Shown: positions 24,685-36,278 of the stretch, one piece after another
Position numbering within the stretch: position 1 is the stretch's first letter
Layout of the letters: the number at the start of each line of letters is the position of its first letter
Source of the DNA: Centroscyllium fabricii
Taxonomy: Eukaryota
DNA: 64,000 bases
Assembly: GCA_051313645.2 (NCBI GenBank)
Contig: JBNRSN020000021.1
Coordinates: 66,464,001 to 66,528,000 of the forward strand
Direction of reading: 5' to 3'
Notes under the pieces: generated by a model
The model's database searches: none
Told to the model about the DNA's origin: nothing
The model's input: the letters and a program-made list of their open reading frames with translations, nothing else
Program-made: the position numbers and the translations under genes

Positions 24685-25457
24685 GGGCTCGAATTTCCCA
24701 GGGCCGTGGAGGCAGGAATGGAGGCGTGTGGGGGGTTAAAATTGTGAAATCCGGGGGCACGAATCCATCCCGCCCCCAAACCACCTCTATGCCCGTTTCC
24801 CAGGAGGCGGCTACCCGACCTGTGCTGGGAGCCGCCACCCCGAGGCGGGAAGGGGATTAGTGCCAATTAACTGCCTGTTAACAGGCAGTTTTTAGCATAA
24901 TCTCTATTTTTATCCCTGAAGTGTGGAATTCCCGATGGCTCCAAACCACGCCAAGTTAGCAAGGTGGGCCATCGGGCTGAAGGACTTGGAGGGTTCGAGA
25001 TGTCCAGTGTTCAGGTGAGTGATGGGTGCATGAATGCAGAGGTAAGTGTGTTTGGTGTGTGGAAAGTGTTTAAAGAAGTTTTACTTACCTTTACTTACTA
25101 ATGCAGGCTTCCTTCCTTTAGGTCTCTGGAGTCCCTCATCTCACTGGCACAGAAAGCAGAATGGCCACGAGCTGTCAAAATCTGCAGCCTCTGCTTTCTG
25201 TTCTGGAGAGATCTCTAAATCATCCTGAGAGGAAGGAATTAACTTAGAGTACCAGCTGTCAAACACTGATATTTCATCTGTCAAAAGCTCTTGACAGATG
25301 AAATGTCAATCTGTGATGTCACCTGTTAATGGGCGGGCTCAACAAGGTCAATCAAGGGAAAATCGAGTGGGTTGGCTGGAACTTGATAGAGGCGGGACTA
25401 CAACCACAAAAGTTGTAGTCCTGCCTCCTACTCACCTCCATTGATAAAATCCAGCTC
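24685..25457. mobile_element. Harbinger-like MITE A (ATA target duplication)
   Basis: Termini GGGCTCGAATTT and AAAATCCAGCTC, each flanked by ATA. Confidence 0.75.
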
Positions 25458-25468
25458 ATAGAGGCATA

Positions 25469-26324
25469 GGGCTGGATTTTACTCACTGAGATGAGTTGGG
25501 GGCGGGACTTCTACCTTCCGGGTTTTAGTCCCACCCCCAGCGACATCCAACACACAGACGCTATGTTCCCCTGATTGGCCTTGTTAAGCCCGCCCTGAGG
25601 GCTTGCTGGTCAATTAAGAGAAAGCTGGTGTCAGATGACATCAGTTGATGACGCTTCATCTGCCGGTTTTCCTAAAGGCACATGAACCATAAATTTTTGA
25701 CAGATGATTTGACAGTGCTTGACAGCATTGAGGTGCTGTCAAACACTGACAATCGCTGTACAAAGGTGAGCCCTTGCACCCAGGCTCTGCAATGATTTTC
25801 TCCTTTGGATGAAACAAATGGCAGCTGCAGGTGAGGGTACAGAAGTGATCTGTCACTTTTCCCATTGAGGTGAGGCCACAAAAACTCTTCAAAGCTTGTC
25901 ACCTACAGAAAAATCTAAATATTTAAACAATAACATTACCAACATTTCCTTACCTCTGATACTCACCGGTGTCCCATTGCAACCTTCACACCACTGCTGC
26001 AGCTGTCATCTGTACACCAACAGTACAACAGACCCACCGCACACCTCACTTACCCTGGTGGGGTTTCGCAACATTGGGAAGCATGCAGCAGATGTCTAAA
26101 AATGGGAAAAAGTCTGTTAACTACCTGTTAACAGGCAGTTAAGTGCCTATAATCCTCTTCCTGCCGCTTGGAGTCGGGTCCCTGTGCAAATCGGGGACCT
26201 GACTCCTGGGAGGATTGGTTGAAGGCTGGCTGGGAGCGGGTTCAGGACCTGCTCCCATTCTTCTTTACTTTCCCAGCAGTCCCACCTCCAAACCCGCCTC
26301 CTCAGGGCTAGTAAAATCCAACCC
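25469..26324. mobile_element. Harbinger-like MITE B (ATA target duplication), related to A and inverted
   Basis: Termini GGGCTGGATTTTAC and GTAAAATCCAACCC, each flanked by ATA; shares the CCTGTTAACAGG palindrome with A. Confidence 0.8.
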
Positions 26325-26699
26325 ATAGAGTCATAATGACACAGAAGGAGGCCATTCGGACCATCGCATCTGTATCGGCTCTCTGTAGAGTAATCCAGTC
26401 AGTCCCATTCCCCCGCTCTATCCTCATAGCCCTGCAAGTTTATTTCCCTCACGTACCTATCCAGTCTTCCTTTGAAAACATTGAGTGTCTCCGCTTCCAC
26501 CACTTCCATCGGCAGCGAATTCCAGGTCATCACCACACGCTGCGTAAAAATGTTTTTCCTCATATCCCCCTGTATCTCTTGGCCAAAACCTTAAATTTGT
26601 GTCCCCTACCATCAAATAGTGGGAACAGCCATTCCCCGTCTAGCCTATCCAAACCCATCATAATCTTAATGTCTCTCAATATCTCTTAATCTCCTCTGC

Positions 26700-26897
26700 C
26701 TTCTATCCTGTCGCTGACCTTCCCTTTGTTATTTCAGCCCCACTCCCTTTCCCCAGCCCCAACCAGCTTTCAAATATATCCCCTCTCCTGGTTTCTCCAG
26801 TTCTGAAGAAAGGTTATCGACCGGAAACATTAACTCTGTTACTCTCTCCACCGATGCTGCCTGGCCTGCTGAGTTTTTCCAGCGTTTTCTGTTGTTA
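26700..26897 (+). mobile_element. Penelope-like 3' end (second family) with degenerate hammerhead near 26800-26834
   Basis: GTTCTGAAGAAAGGTTATCGACCGGAAACATTAAC followed by GATGCTGCCTGGCCTGCTGAG tail shared with 37052-37140 and 38975-39030. Confidence 0.7.
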
Positions 26898-27273
26898 CAG
26901 GTACACAATCCCTTATCCACAACTCCAAAAACCGAAAAGCTCCAAAAACCGAAGTCCAGTGTTGCGCCAACATAATCATTTTTTTCTTAAATAAATTGAA
27001 GCTGCAGCAGAAAAAACACGTTCCTACCCCGATCTCGTGCTGTTGATGCCGTGCTGAGGGAAAAAGCGGCTGATCTCCCGCTGCAAACGGCCGATCTCCC
27101 GCTCCAAACGGCCGATATGCTGTTTCCCGACTGCGAACTGGGCCGCAAACACAGCAATGCACATGCGCATGCGATCGGCGCATGCGCACTGGGGCCAACT
27201 CTATAAACCGTATTTATCCGAAAACCGAGATCCGCCTGGTCCCAGGGTTTTCGGATAAAGGGTTGTGTACCCG
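26898..27273. mobile_element. Tc1/mariner (Tigger/pogo-like) MITE
   Basis: TIRs CAGGTACACAATCCCTTATCC and GGATAAAGGGTTGTGTACCCG with TA target duplication. Confidence 0.85.
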
Positions 27274-28334
27274 TATTTCCATCATAATCTTATACACCTC
27301 TATCAAATCACCCCTCAACCTCCTTTGCTCTAATGAAAACAAATCCAGCTTCTCCTTGTAGCTAAGATCCCCCATCCCCAGAACCATTCTGGTAAATCTC
27401 CTCTGCACCCTCTCAAGGGTCTTCACATCTTTCCTAAAGTGTGGTGACCAGAACTGGACACAATACTCCAGTTGTAAAGTTTCAGCATAACTTCTCTACT
27501 TTTGTGCTCAATACCTCTATTTATGAAGCCCAAGATCCCATATGCTTTGTTAACCACTCTCTCAATATGTCCTGCCACCTTCAGGGACCGATGCACATTA
27601 ACTCCCAGGTCCCTCTGTCCCTGCACACTCTTTAAAACTGTGCCATTAAGTGTATATTGCCTCTCCCTGTTCCTCCAGCCAAAATGCGTCACCTCACACT
27701 TCTCTATATTAAATTCCATCTGCCACTTGTCTGCCCATTCTGCTAGCCTTTCTATGGCCTGTTGCAGTCAATTGGTATCATCCTCACTGTTTGCCACATC
27801 TCCAAGTTTGATGTCATTGGCAAATTAATATTTTTACGCTGTATTTCAATATCCAGGTCACCTATATATAGCAAAAAAATCAGTGGCCCCAGCACTGACC
27901 CCTGGGGAACACCACTGTCCACCATCTTCAAGTCTGAAAAACAGCCATTTACCACAACTCACTGTCTTCTGTCCTTAAGCCAATTCCTTATCCAAGCTGC
28001 CACTAACCCATCTATTCCATGAGTCTCAATTTTGTTAATTTGTGAGACAGCAGGTGACAACACTACTCGATCTCGCGTTGGACCCACCGAGGTGTGCGTT
28101 TCTGCATTGGTGCTGGGTGTTCTTATGTCTGGTGATGCTGTACCTTCAGAGGCTGGAGTCTCCTCTGAGGAGTCATCTTCCTTTTCCTCCTGGACAGTGG
28201 TGGGGGGGGGGGGGGCACTTGATGGACCTGTGGGAGAGTAAAGAGATAATTTATAAATGTCATATCATGAATGGGTAACAATACGTTTATGCACATGATG
28301 AAAATTCACTGGCTGCTGACATCAGTCCCCATAT

Positions 28335-28995
28335 AGAACATAGAACATAGAACATACAGCACTTTACAGGCCCTTGGGCCCTCAATGTAGTGCCGCCCTT
28401 AGTCCGTCTCTGATTTTTCCTGTCCCCCCTACTGTTCCTTCCCCTCCATGTACCTGTCTATCATCCTTTTAAAAGCACCCAGACTGTCCGCATCCACTAT
28501 TTCAGATGGTAGCCTATTCCATTCCCCGACCACTCTCTGTGTAAAGAACTTGCCCCTGCCATCCCTTCTGAATCTTCCTCCTTGAATCTTGTGCTCGTGT
28601 CCTCTTGTTGTCGTTCTTCCCGCCCGGGGAAACAGTCTTTGCACGTTTACTCTATCGATCCCCTTCATCATTTTAAACATCTCTATCAAGTCCCCCCTCT
28701 TCCTTCTCCGTTCCAGGGAGAAGAGTCCCAGTTCCCTTAACCGTTCCTCGTATGACTTTCCCCCCATTCCCGGCAGCATCCTGGTGAATCTCCTCTGCAC
28801 TCTCTCCAGCGCCTCCACATCCCTCCTGTAGTACGGTGCCCAGAACTGCACACAGTACTCCACGTGTGGTCTCACCAGTGACCTGTACAGCTGCAGCATG
28901 ACCTCCCGGTTCTTAAACTCTATTCCCCTGTTGATGAAGGCCAATACACCATAGGCCTTTTTTACTGCCTTGTCCACCTGGGTGGCAGCCTTCAG
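28335..28995 (-). mobile_element. CR1 LINE 3' fragment (GC-rich family)
   Basis: Open frame VRPHVEYCVQFWAP...FFTQRVVGEWNRLP; (TTCTATG)n tail. Confidence 0.9.
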
Positions 28996-29495
28996 TGTGA
29001 GTGTTGTATGCCATGTGGCTGTATGAGATGTAATTCTGTCACCAGGTTGTTGAGATGACCCCCTCTCACCGTCTCCCACCTCCAGCTACTCTGCGACTCC
29101 TGAGACTTCCAGGGTGACCTCCTCTGCTGCAGTTAAGGTGGCCAATGATGGTTCTCTCCCTCTCCTTATTATGGGTACTCTTTTCCTGCAATGAGGCAAT
29201 GAAGAGAAGTTTGAGTGAGAGCGATGGAATGAGTGTAAGGAATGAATGGCCTACATCTTTAGAAGGTGACTATGAGGGAGTGTTGTGCCAATGACCTCCT
29301 TATGTGTTGTTAGTTGGTACGATTGCATTAGGATGAGGGTTAGTGTGAGGGGTGGTTAGTCAGATGGAGATGTGATATATAGATAGAGAGAGAGGGATGG
29401 GTGGATGTGCAAGGTATGTTGGTGTGAGGAATGATGTGCAGGATAGGGTAGGGAAGGCAGAGTGATAGGGATATGATGAGACGCACAACAGGATG

Positions 29496-30964
29496 TGTCA
29501 TAGATGGAATTCTCCTTTAAGGATTCCACCTTTAAATTCTGTGCTCCGTCTCCCTTAAATTGGATAATACCTCATTTACGAGTGCAATACACCTTTATTG
29601 TACCTCGTTTACTAGGACATTACCTGATTGGACGGTCCTGATCAATCAATTTAGCTTGAGCTGTATATAAGCTTTGGGTTGGCAACAGGAGAGGGCCGGA
29701 TAGTTAAATCTGCAACTAGGAAACAGATGTGCTGTCCTAGCTCTGGGGAGACAGTCGGATTGTGGGGTGTACCTACTTGTAGAAGAAATGGATTCTCCTT
29801 CTGAAAACTCTGTTGGAGTTAGTCCCCTCGGTGGAGCGGAACCTGGAGAATTGCTGTTTCTGCATTCTGGACTGATTGATCTCTATCACCTGAACTCTGG
29901 TTTGGACATTAATTCTGTTATTATGATGCTCTTGGCTGAAGTAGTCGTAGTAAAGGGTTCTGCTCACAGAAGAAAACTTGTTCTGTTCCTAAAACTCTCT
30001 GATGAAGTAGTCGTTGTAAAGGGTTCTACTCACAGAGGAAAAACTTGTTCCAGTTCCTACTCTCTGATGAAGCAGTCGTTGTAAAGGGTTCTGCTCACAG
30101 AAGAAAACTTGTTCTGTTCCTAAAACTCTCTGATGAAGTAGTCATTGTAAAGGGTTCTACTCACAGAGGGAAAACTTGTTCCAGTTCCTACTCTCTGATG
30201 AAGCAGTCGTTGTAAAGGGTTCTGCTCACAGAAGAAAACTTGTTCTGTTCCTAAAACTCTCTGATGAAGTAGTCGTTGTAAAGGGTTCTACTCACAGAAG
30301 AAAACTTGTTCCAGTTCCTACTCTCTGATGAAGCAGTCGTTGTAAAGGGTTCTGCTCACAGAAGAAAACTTGTTCTGTTCCTAAAACTCTCTGATGAAGT
30401 AGTCGTTGTAAAGGATTCTACTCACAGAAGAAAACTTGTTCCAGTTCCTACTCTCTGATGAAGCAGTCGTTGTAAAGGGTTCTGCTCACAGAGGAAAACT
30501 TGTTCTGTTCCTAAAACTCTCTGATGAAGTAGTCGTTGTAAAGGGTTCTACTCACAGAGAAAAAACTTGTTCCAGTTTCCTACTCTCTGATGAAGCAGTC
30601 GTTGTAAAGGGTTCTGCTCACAGAAGAAAACTTGTTCTGTTCCTAAAACTCTCTGATGAAGTAGTCGTTGTAAAGGGTTCTACTCACAGAGGAAAAACTT
30701 GTCCCAGTTCCTACTCTCTGATGAAGCAGTCGTTGTAAAGGGTTCTGCTCACAGAAGAAAACTTGTTCTGTTCCTAACTCCCTTGATGCTCTTCGCTGAG
30801 TGTACTGGGGGCCCGAAGCGTATTATGAATGTCGTTGATCTCTGTATTGTAATAATTGACTTTATGTGTATATATTGTTTGGCAACTCTTGGGAAATAAA
30901 GGAATCTTAGTTCTAGACTGTTGTCCAGTGTCTTGCATTTGGGCCCCACCACCAAACCGTTACA
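29496..30964 (+). mobile_element. Solo LTR (1469 bp)
   Basis: TGT...ACA termini; perfect 5-bp TSD GGATG (29491-29495, 30965-30969); TATATAA near 29664; AATAAA at 30895-30900. Confidence 0.85.
29937..30780 (+). repeat. Tandem array of 13 units of 64-66 bp, alternating A/B (~131-bp dimer), inside the LTR
   Basis: Units start at 29937, 30003, 30068, 30134, 30199, 30265, 30329, 30395, 30459, 30525, 30591, 30657, 30722; the last is partial. Confidence 0.95.
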
Positions 30965-31404
30965 GGATGAAGCTGAGTGTGGCTTTGCTCTCAGCTTTCC
31001 GGATCTAATGAGATCATTGGAGTGTTTCTAGTACTGCACCCAGGTCCTCCTTAAAACATCCCTGCTGTTGATCTCTATTTGCTATTTGGAGCCAGGCTCC
31101 TTTCATCTGCTGGGGTGGTCTCTTCTGCCACTCAGAAGGGAAGAGGACCTCCCTGCATACTCTGACTCCCTCCACAAGCATATGGAGGGAGTCATCTGAG
31201 AACCTGGGTGCAGCCTTTGCCTCTGTGCAGTCATGTTTGGACCACGCCAATGGTGCAGTGCAGTGTCTGCACACTCCTAGATGGACCTTCAAATGCAATG
31301 TGGTCATAGCTCCTTTAAATATCCTGGCTGAAAACGTGTTATTGATGACATCATCAGACCCACACCAATTAATGGGGCTGGGTAAAGCGCAGGGCTGCCT
31401 TAAT

Positions 31405-32370
31405 ACTAAACTTGACACTAAACTAGGAGGGGGTTGGGCGCTGAAGAGGATGTCAGGAAACTCCAGTGCAATTTGGACAAGTTGGGGGAATGGGCAGATA
31501 CATGGCAAATGCACTATAATGTGGATAAATGTGAGGTTATACACTTTGGGGGCAAAAACAGGAGGGCAGATTATTATTTAAATGGTAATAGATTTGGAGA
31601 TGGGGAACTGCAGGGAGACCTGGGTGTTCTTGTGCACCAGTCACTGAGGGCGAGCATGCAGGTGCAACAGGCGGTTAAGAAGGCAAATGGTATGTTGGCC
31701 TTCATATCAAGAGGGTTCGAGTATAGGAATAAGGATACCTTACTACAGTTGTACAAGGCACTGGTGAGACCACACCTTGAGTATTGTGTACAGTTTTGGT
31801 CACCTCATCTGAGGAAGGATGTTCTTGCCATGGAAGGAGTGCAGCGGCGATTCACCAGGATGATACCTGGAATGGCAGGAATGACCTACGAGGAGAGATT
31901 GTGTAGTTTGGGCTTGTACTCGCTGGAGTTTAGAAGATTGAGAGGGGATCTCATCGAAACATAGAAAATTCTGACAGGCCTGGACAGGTTAAATTCAGAA
32001 AGAATGTTTCCAATGGCGGGGGAGTTCAGAACCGGGGCCACAGTCTAAGGATAAGGGGTAAACCATTTAGGACAGATATGAGGAAGAATTTCTTCACCCA
32101 GAGAGTGGTGAGCCTGTGGAATTCCTTGCCACAGAGGGCAGTGGAGGCCAGTTCATTCAATATATTTAAGAGGGAATTGGATATATTTCTTCAGGCTAAA
32201 GGGATTAAGGGTTATGGAGAGAAGGCGGGGACGGGGTACTGAACTTGAAAGATCAGCCATGATCTCAGCCAAAGATCAGCCATGATCTCATTGAATGGCG
32301 GAGCAGGCTCGAAGGGCTGAATGGCCTACTCCTGCTCCTATCTTCTATTTTTCTATGTTTCTATGTTTCT
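31405..32370 (+). mobile_element. CR1 LINE 3' fragment
   Basis: WADTWQMHYNVDKCEVIHFG...LVRPHLEYCVQFWSP; CR1 tail. Confidence 0.92.
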
Positions 32371-32558
32371 AATAGGCCCCATTAACAGAAAGTTGATCTC
32401 AGGACCGGAATGGAATGAGCAGCGGGGTCGCGACCTGCCACGGCAACCACCTACACCCGACCCGCCCAGATACAGAAAATTCCGGCCACAATGACTCATC
32501 TGAAAGACTGTACCTCTAAAAGTGAAGCAATCTGTTACTGTTGGTGCAACTGAACGTC

Positions 32559-32872
32559 GCTCGAAGTCCCGCTCCCGGGTCTGGCCTTTGCCTCCTCCGC
32601 TGCTCCTTTGAAGCCTGCCGCTCTGCTCGAAGCCCCGCTCCCGGGTCTGGCCTTTGCCTCCTCCGCTGCTCCCTTGAAGCCTGCCGCTCTGCTCGAAGTC
32701 CCGCTCCCGGGTCTGGCCTTTGCCTCCTCCGCTGCTCCTTTGAAGCTTGCCGCTCTGCTCGAAGTCCCGCTCCCGGGTCTGGCCTTTGCCTCCTCCGCTG
32801 CTCTTTTGAAGCCTGCTGCTCTGCTCGAAGTCCCGCTCCCGGGTCTGGCCTCTGCCTCCTCCGTTGCTCCTT
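32559..32872 (+). repeat. 66-bp tandem repeat (~4.7 copies) at the Rex1 5' end
   Basis: Units start at 32559, 32625, 32691, 32757, 32823. Confidence 0.95.
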
Positions 32873-35800
32873 TAGTTCAACCTGTTGCACCTCTCATGGC
32901 GGCGCGTGTATACGCTGCGGCTTTTGGTCCCGCCAGTTTTGGCAAACTAGTAGTTATCTGCATACTCATCCACGGACTGCTCGCCCAGTACAGCAGCACC
33001 AATCCATTTTACACCAGACATGAGCTTCTGGTCATTGGAATACATGTCGGATCGCCGGATATTACCATCACTTTCGACGGTCCCAGTGACATCGTCAGAC
33101 AACCGGGCTCACCGGGTCTGTTTACACTGCCTCCCCGGTCAAGGAGGCCCCATAGGCGGCGGAGAGAACGCAGGCAAAAACAAGGCTGCAGAGGAGGCGC
33201 TCGAGGGAAGCTAACCCAGGCTCCTCACCGCACCCCTCTCCCCAGCCTTCTCCTTGCTAATGTGCGGTCTCTGGTGAACAAAATGGATGAACTACGTCTA
33301 TGGATTACAAACAACAAAAGGATTATGGACACGAACATTCTGATCTTCACGGAAACATGGTTGCACGATGGTGTTCCAGACAGTGCGGTTGGGCTACAAG
33401 GCCTACACTGCAACCGCTCGGACAGAACAGCTGACTGTGGTAAGATGCGCGGAGGAGGTCTGTGCATTTATGTTAACAACTCCTGGTGTACAGACACCAC
33501 CACCATCGATAGTCACTGTTCTGCCCACTTAGAATTTCTCATGGTTAAATGTAGACCCTTCTACCTGCCCAGAGAATTCACATCCATTATTACAACCGCA
33601 GCTTACATACCACCGGACGCTAATGCTAAGCTAGCTATGAAAGAACTGCATGCAGCCATTAGCAAACAACAGACACGACACCCGGAGACAGCCTTCATCG
33701 TTGCTGGAGATTTCAACCACTCCAACCTAAAGTCTGTTCTCCCCAAATTTTACCAACACGTTTCCTGCCCCACAAGAGGAGATAAGACCTTAGATCATGT
33801 TTACACTAACATCAAAGACGCATACAAGGCCCTCCCCCTTCCCCACCTGGGTCAGTCAGACCACACCTCTCTGTTCCTCCTACCAAAGTATCACCCCCTC
33901 ATCAAGCGAGTCAAGCCCTCAGTCAAGACAGTGAAAGTCTGGCCTGAGGGGGCAGACTCAGTACTACAGCATCAGCTCCAGTACACTAACTGGAGTAACT
34001 TCGCTGCAAAAGCCACAGTGGACTCACACACTGACATCGACTCCTACACCTCCTCTGTCTTGGATGTCATCAATACTAACATCAATGATGCCACCATCAT
34101 CAAACGAATTGCAATCTTCCCAAACCAGAAGCCGTGGATGGACGGGCAGGTCCGACAACTGCTGAAGGCACGCAACATCGCCTTCAGGTCAGGGGACGCA
34201 CAGGCCTACAGTCTAGCCCGGGCTGACCTGAAAAGGGGCATCAAAAGGGCTAAGCACAGCCACAAGCTTAAGGTGGAGGAGTACTTCAATGTCTCTGACC
34301 CTCGGCGCATGTGGCAGGGCTTGCAGGCCATCACTGACTTCAAATCCACCCACGCTTCCCCCCCCGACCACCGACTCCTCCCTTCCAGATGAGCTAAACG
34401 ACTTCTATGCTCGTTTTGACAGGGACAACCACGTGATGGCCACCAAGGCCACTATCCCTGCAAACCACCTTCCCCTCACACTCTCCCCCACAGATGTGTA
34501 TGCTGTACTGAGCAGGACCAACTCACGTAAGACTGCTGGCCCTGATGGCATCCCCGGACGTGTACTCAGCGCTTGTGCTGAACAACTGACCGGGGTCCTG
34601 ACCGACATTTTCAATCTGTCTCTGGCCCAAGCAAAAGTCCCTACGTGTTTCAAATCGACCTCTATTGTGCCTGTTCCTAAACACGCCTCCCCAGTGAGCC
34701 TCAACGACTACCGACCCGTGGCACTCACCTCTACCATCATGAAGTGCTTCGAGAGGCTGGTCTTGGCTCATCTTAAATCATGCCTCCCATCCACACTTGA
34801 CCCCTATCAGTTTGCCTACCATCAGAACAGGAGTACGGATGATGCCATCTCAGCAGCACTACACCCTGCCCTCTACCATCTGGACCAGAGCAACACCTAT
34901 GTGAGACTCCTGTTCATTGACTTTAGCTCGGCATTCAATACTATCATCCCCTCCAAATTGATCACCAAGCTTGTTGGCCTTGGCATCGACCCCTCCCTCT
35001 GCAATTGGATACTGGACTTTCTGACCAACAGACCCCAGCACGTCAGACTGGACAAGTACAAATCCTCGTCCCTCATCTTGAACACTGGTCTCCCACAGGG
35101 CTGTGTGCTGAGTCCCCTTCTCTACTCCCTCTTCACGCATGACTGCAATCCTGTCTATGGCTCAAACACCATTGCCAAGTTTGCAGATGACACCACAGTG
35201 GTTGGGCTCGTCAGCAACAACGACGAGACGGCATACAGGGAAGAGGTCCAGCACCTAGCAGAGTGGTGTACCAACAATAACTTGGTACTCAACACCAAAA
35301 AGACCAAGGAGATTATCGTGGACTTCAGAAGGAACAAAAAAGGCACGCACACCCCCATCCATATCAATGGGGAGGAGGTTGAGTGTGTCACCAGCTTTAA
35401 GTTCCTGGGAGTTCACATTTCTGAAGACCTCTCCTGGACGACCAATACCTCAACTCTGGTCAAGAAGGCCCACAAGCGCCACTTTTTCTTGAGGAAACTG
35501 GCTAAACTTCACCTATCCTCTCAGGTGCTGATGAACTTCTACCGCTGTACCATTGAGAGCATCCTTACCACCTGCATCTCAGTCTGGTACGGCAACTGTA
35601 CCATCAGCGACCGAAAATCATTGCAGAAGGTGGTGAAAATCGCCCAACGCATCACCAAGACCTCGCTCCCATCCATCACTTCAGTCTATGAGAGGCGGTG
35701 CTTACGGAGGGCACGTAACATCATCGGAGACGCCTCTCATCCCAACCATGGACTGTTTATCGCCCAACGTGGCACTCGCACTGGGTCACGCTATCGCAGC

Positions 35801-35893
35801 CTCCCGGGCAGAACCAACAGGACTATTAACAGCTTCTTCCCCTCAGCTGTCAGACTGTTGACAAAGAACTCCACCCCGTCTCATACGGCCTAG
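32608..35893 (+). CDS. Rex1 APE-RT polyprotein, split only by one +1 frameshift at the C8 run 34358-34365 (true start uncertain)
   Basis: ORFs 32608-34392 and 34289-35893 fuse into one frame ([16 protein letters not shown]) if one C is removed. Confidence 0.75.
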
Positions 35894-36156
35894 CCCTTGA
35901 AGATCATGAGATGCTATTATGTTCATAACCTGTTTGTACATAAGACCATAGCGAATATAACTTTTATATAGTGTATTTTTAACGGCATTTTAACCTACTG
36001 CACTTATTGTATATACTCTTTTACTGTATATTATTATTATATATATGCATATAACTGCTGTTTGCACTCTGGTTGGACACACCTAATTTCGTTGCATTTT
36101 ACTTGTACTGTGCAATGACAATAAAGCGAATCCAATCCAATCCAATCCAATCCAAT

Positions 36157-36278
36157 CTCTCAGTACTGCACTAAACTGTCAGCCTAGATTATGTACTCAA
36201 TTCTCTGGCGCAGGGCTTGAACCTGCTATCTGCTGACTCAGAGGCAAAGTGTGCGAGCACTGAGCCAAGGCTGACACC
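36157..36278 (-). mobile_element. tRNA head of the split Deu-domain SINE
   Basis: Minus strand GTGTCAGCCTTGGCTCAGTG...GGTTCAAGCCC...GTGCAGTACTGAG matches the start of 57020-57430. Confidence 0.75.

Larger units (their letters stand above)
26325..28030 (-). mobile_element. CR1 LINE 3' portion interrupted by a Penelope fragment and a MITE
   Basis: SGVPQGSVLGP, FNIEKCEV, LERVQRRFTRM, LEQRRLRGDLIEVYKI. Confidence 0.88.
23880..31234 (-). pseudogene. Harbinger 2 Myb/SANT gene in pieces (exon 1 ~31234-30995, exon 2 29185-29044, exon 3 28228-28040 and 24670-23880)
   Basis: AAPRFSDDSLHMLVEGV..REVLFPS; splice sites and exon 3 sequence homologous to 10407-12369. Confidence 0.78.
21062..32487. mobile_element. 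PIF/Harbinger transposon 2, expanded by at least ten nested insertions
   Basis: TIRs GGCAGGAATGTTC and GAAAATTCCGGCC; transposase on plus, Myb/SANT gene on minus; homologous to Harbinger 1 in opposite orientation. Confidence 0.8.
32518..36156 (+). mobile_element. Rex1/Babar LINE, apparently near full length
   Basis: APE ([22 protein letters not shown]), RT ([18 protein letters not shown]); AATAAA then (ATCCA)n tail. Confidence 0.92.

Noticed and set aside
29995-30770. Canonical hammerhead or SECIS elements in the LTR array
   Set aside because: GAAA does not directly follow stem II, and the GA needed for the SECIS quartet is not positioned opposite UGA; kept only as a generic hairpin
29937-30780. 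CRISPR array
   Set aside because: No unique spacers, vertebrate context, no cas genes; it is a tandem repeat inside an LTR
29767-30899. ORFs with repeated EVVVVKGSTHR peptides
   Set aside because: Translations of the tandem repeat that shift frame with unit length
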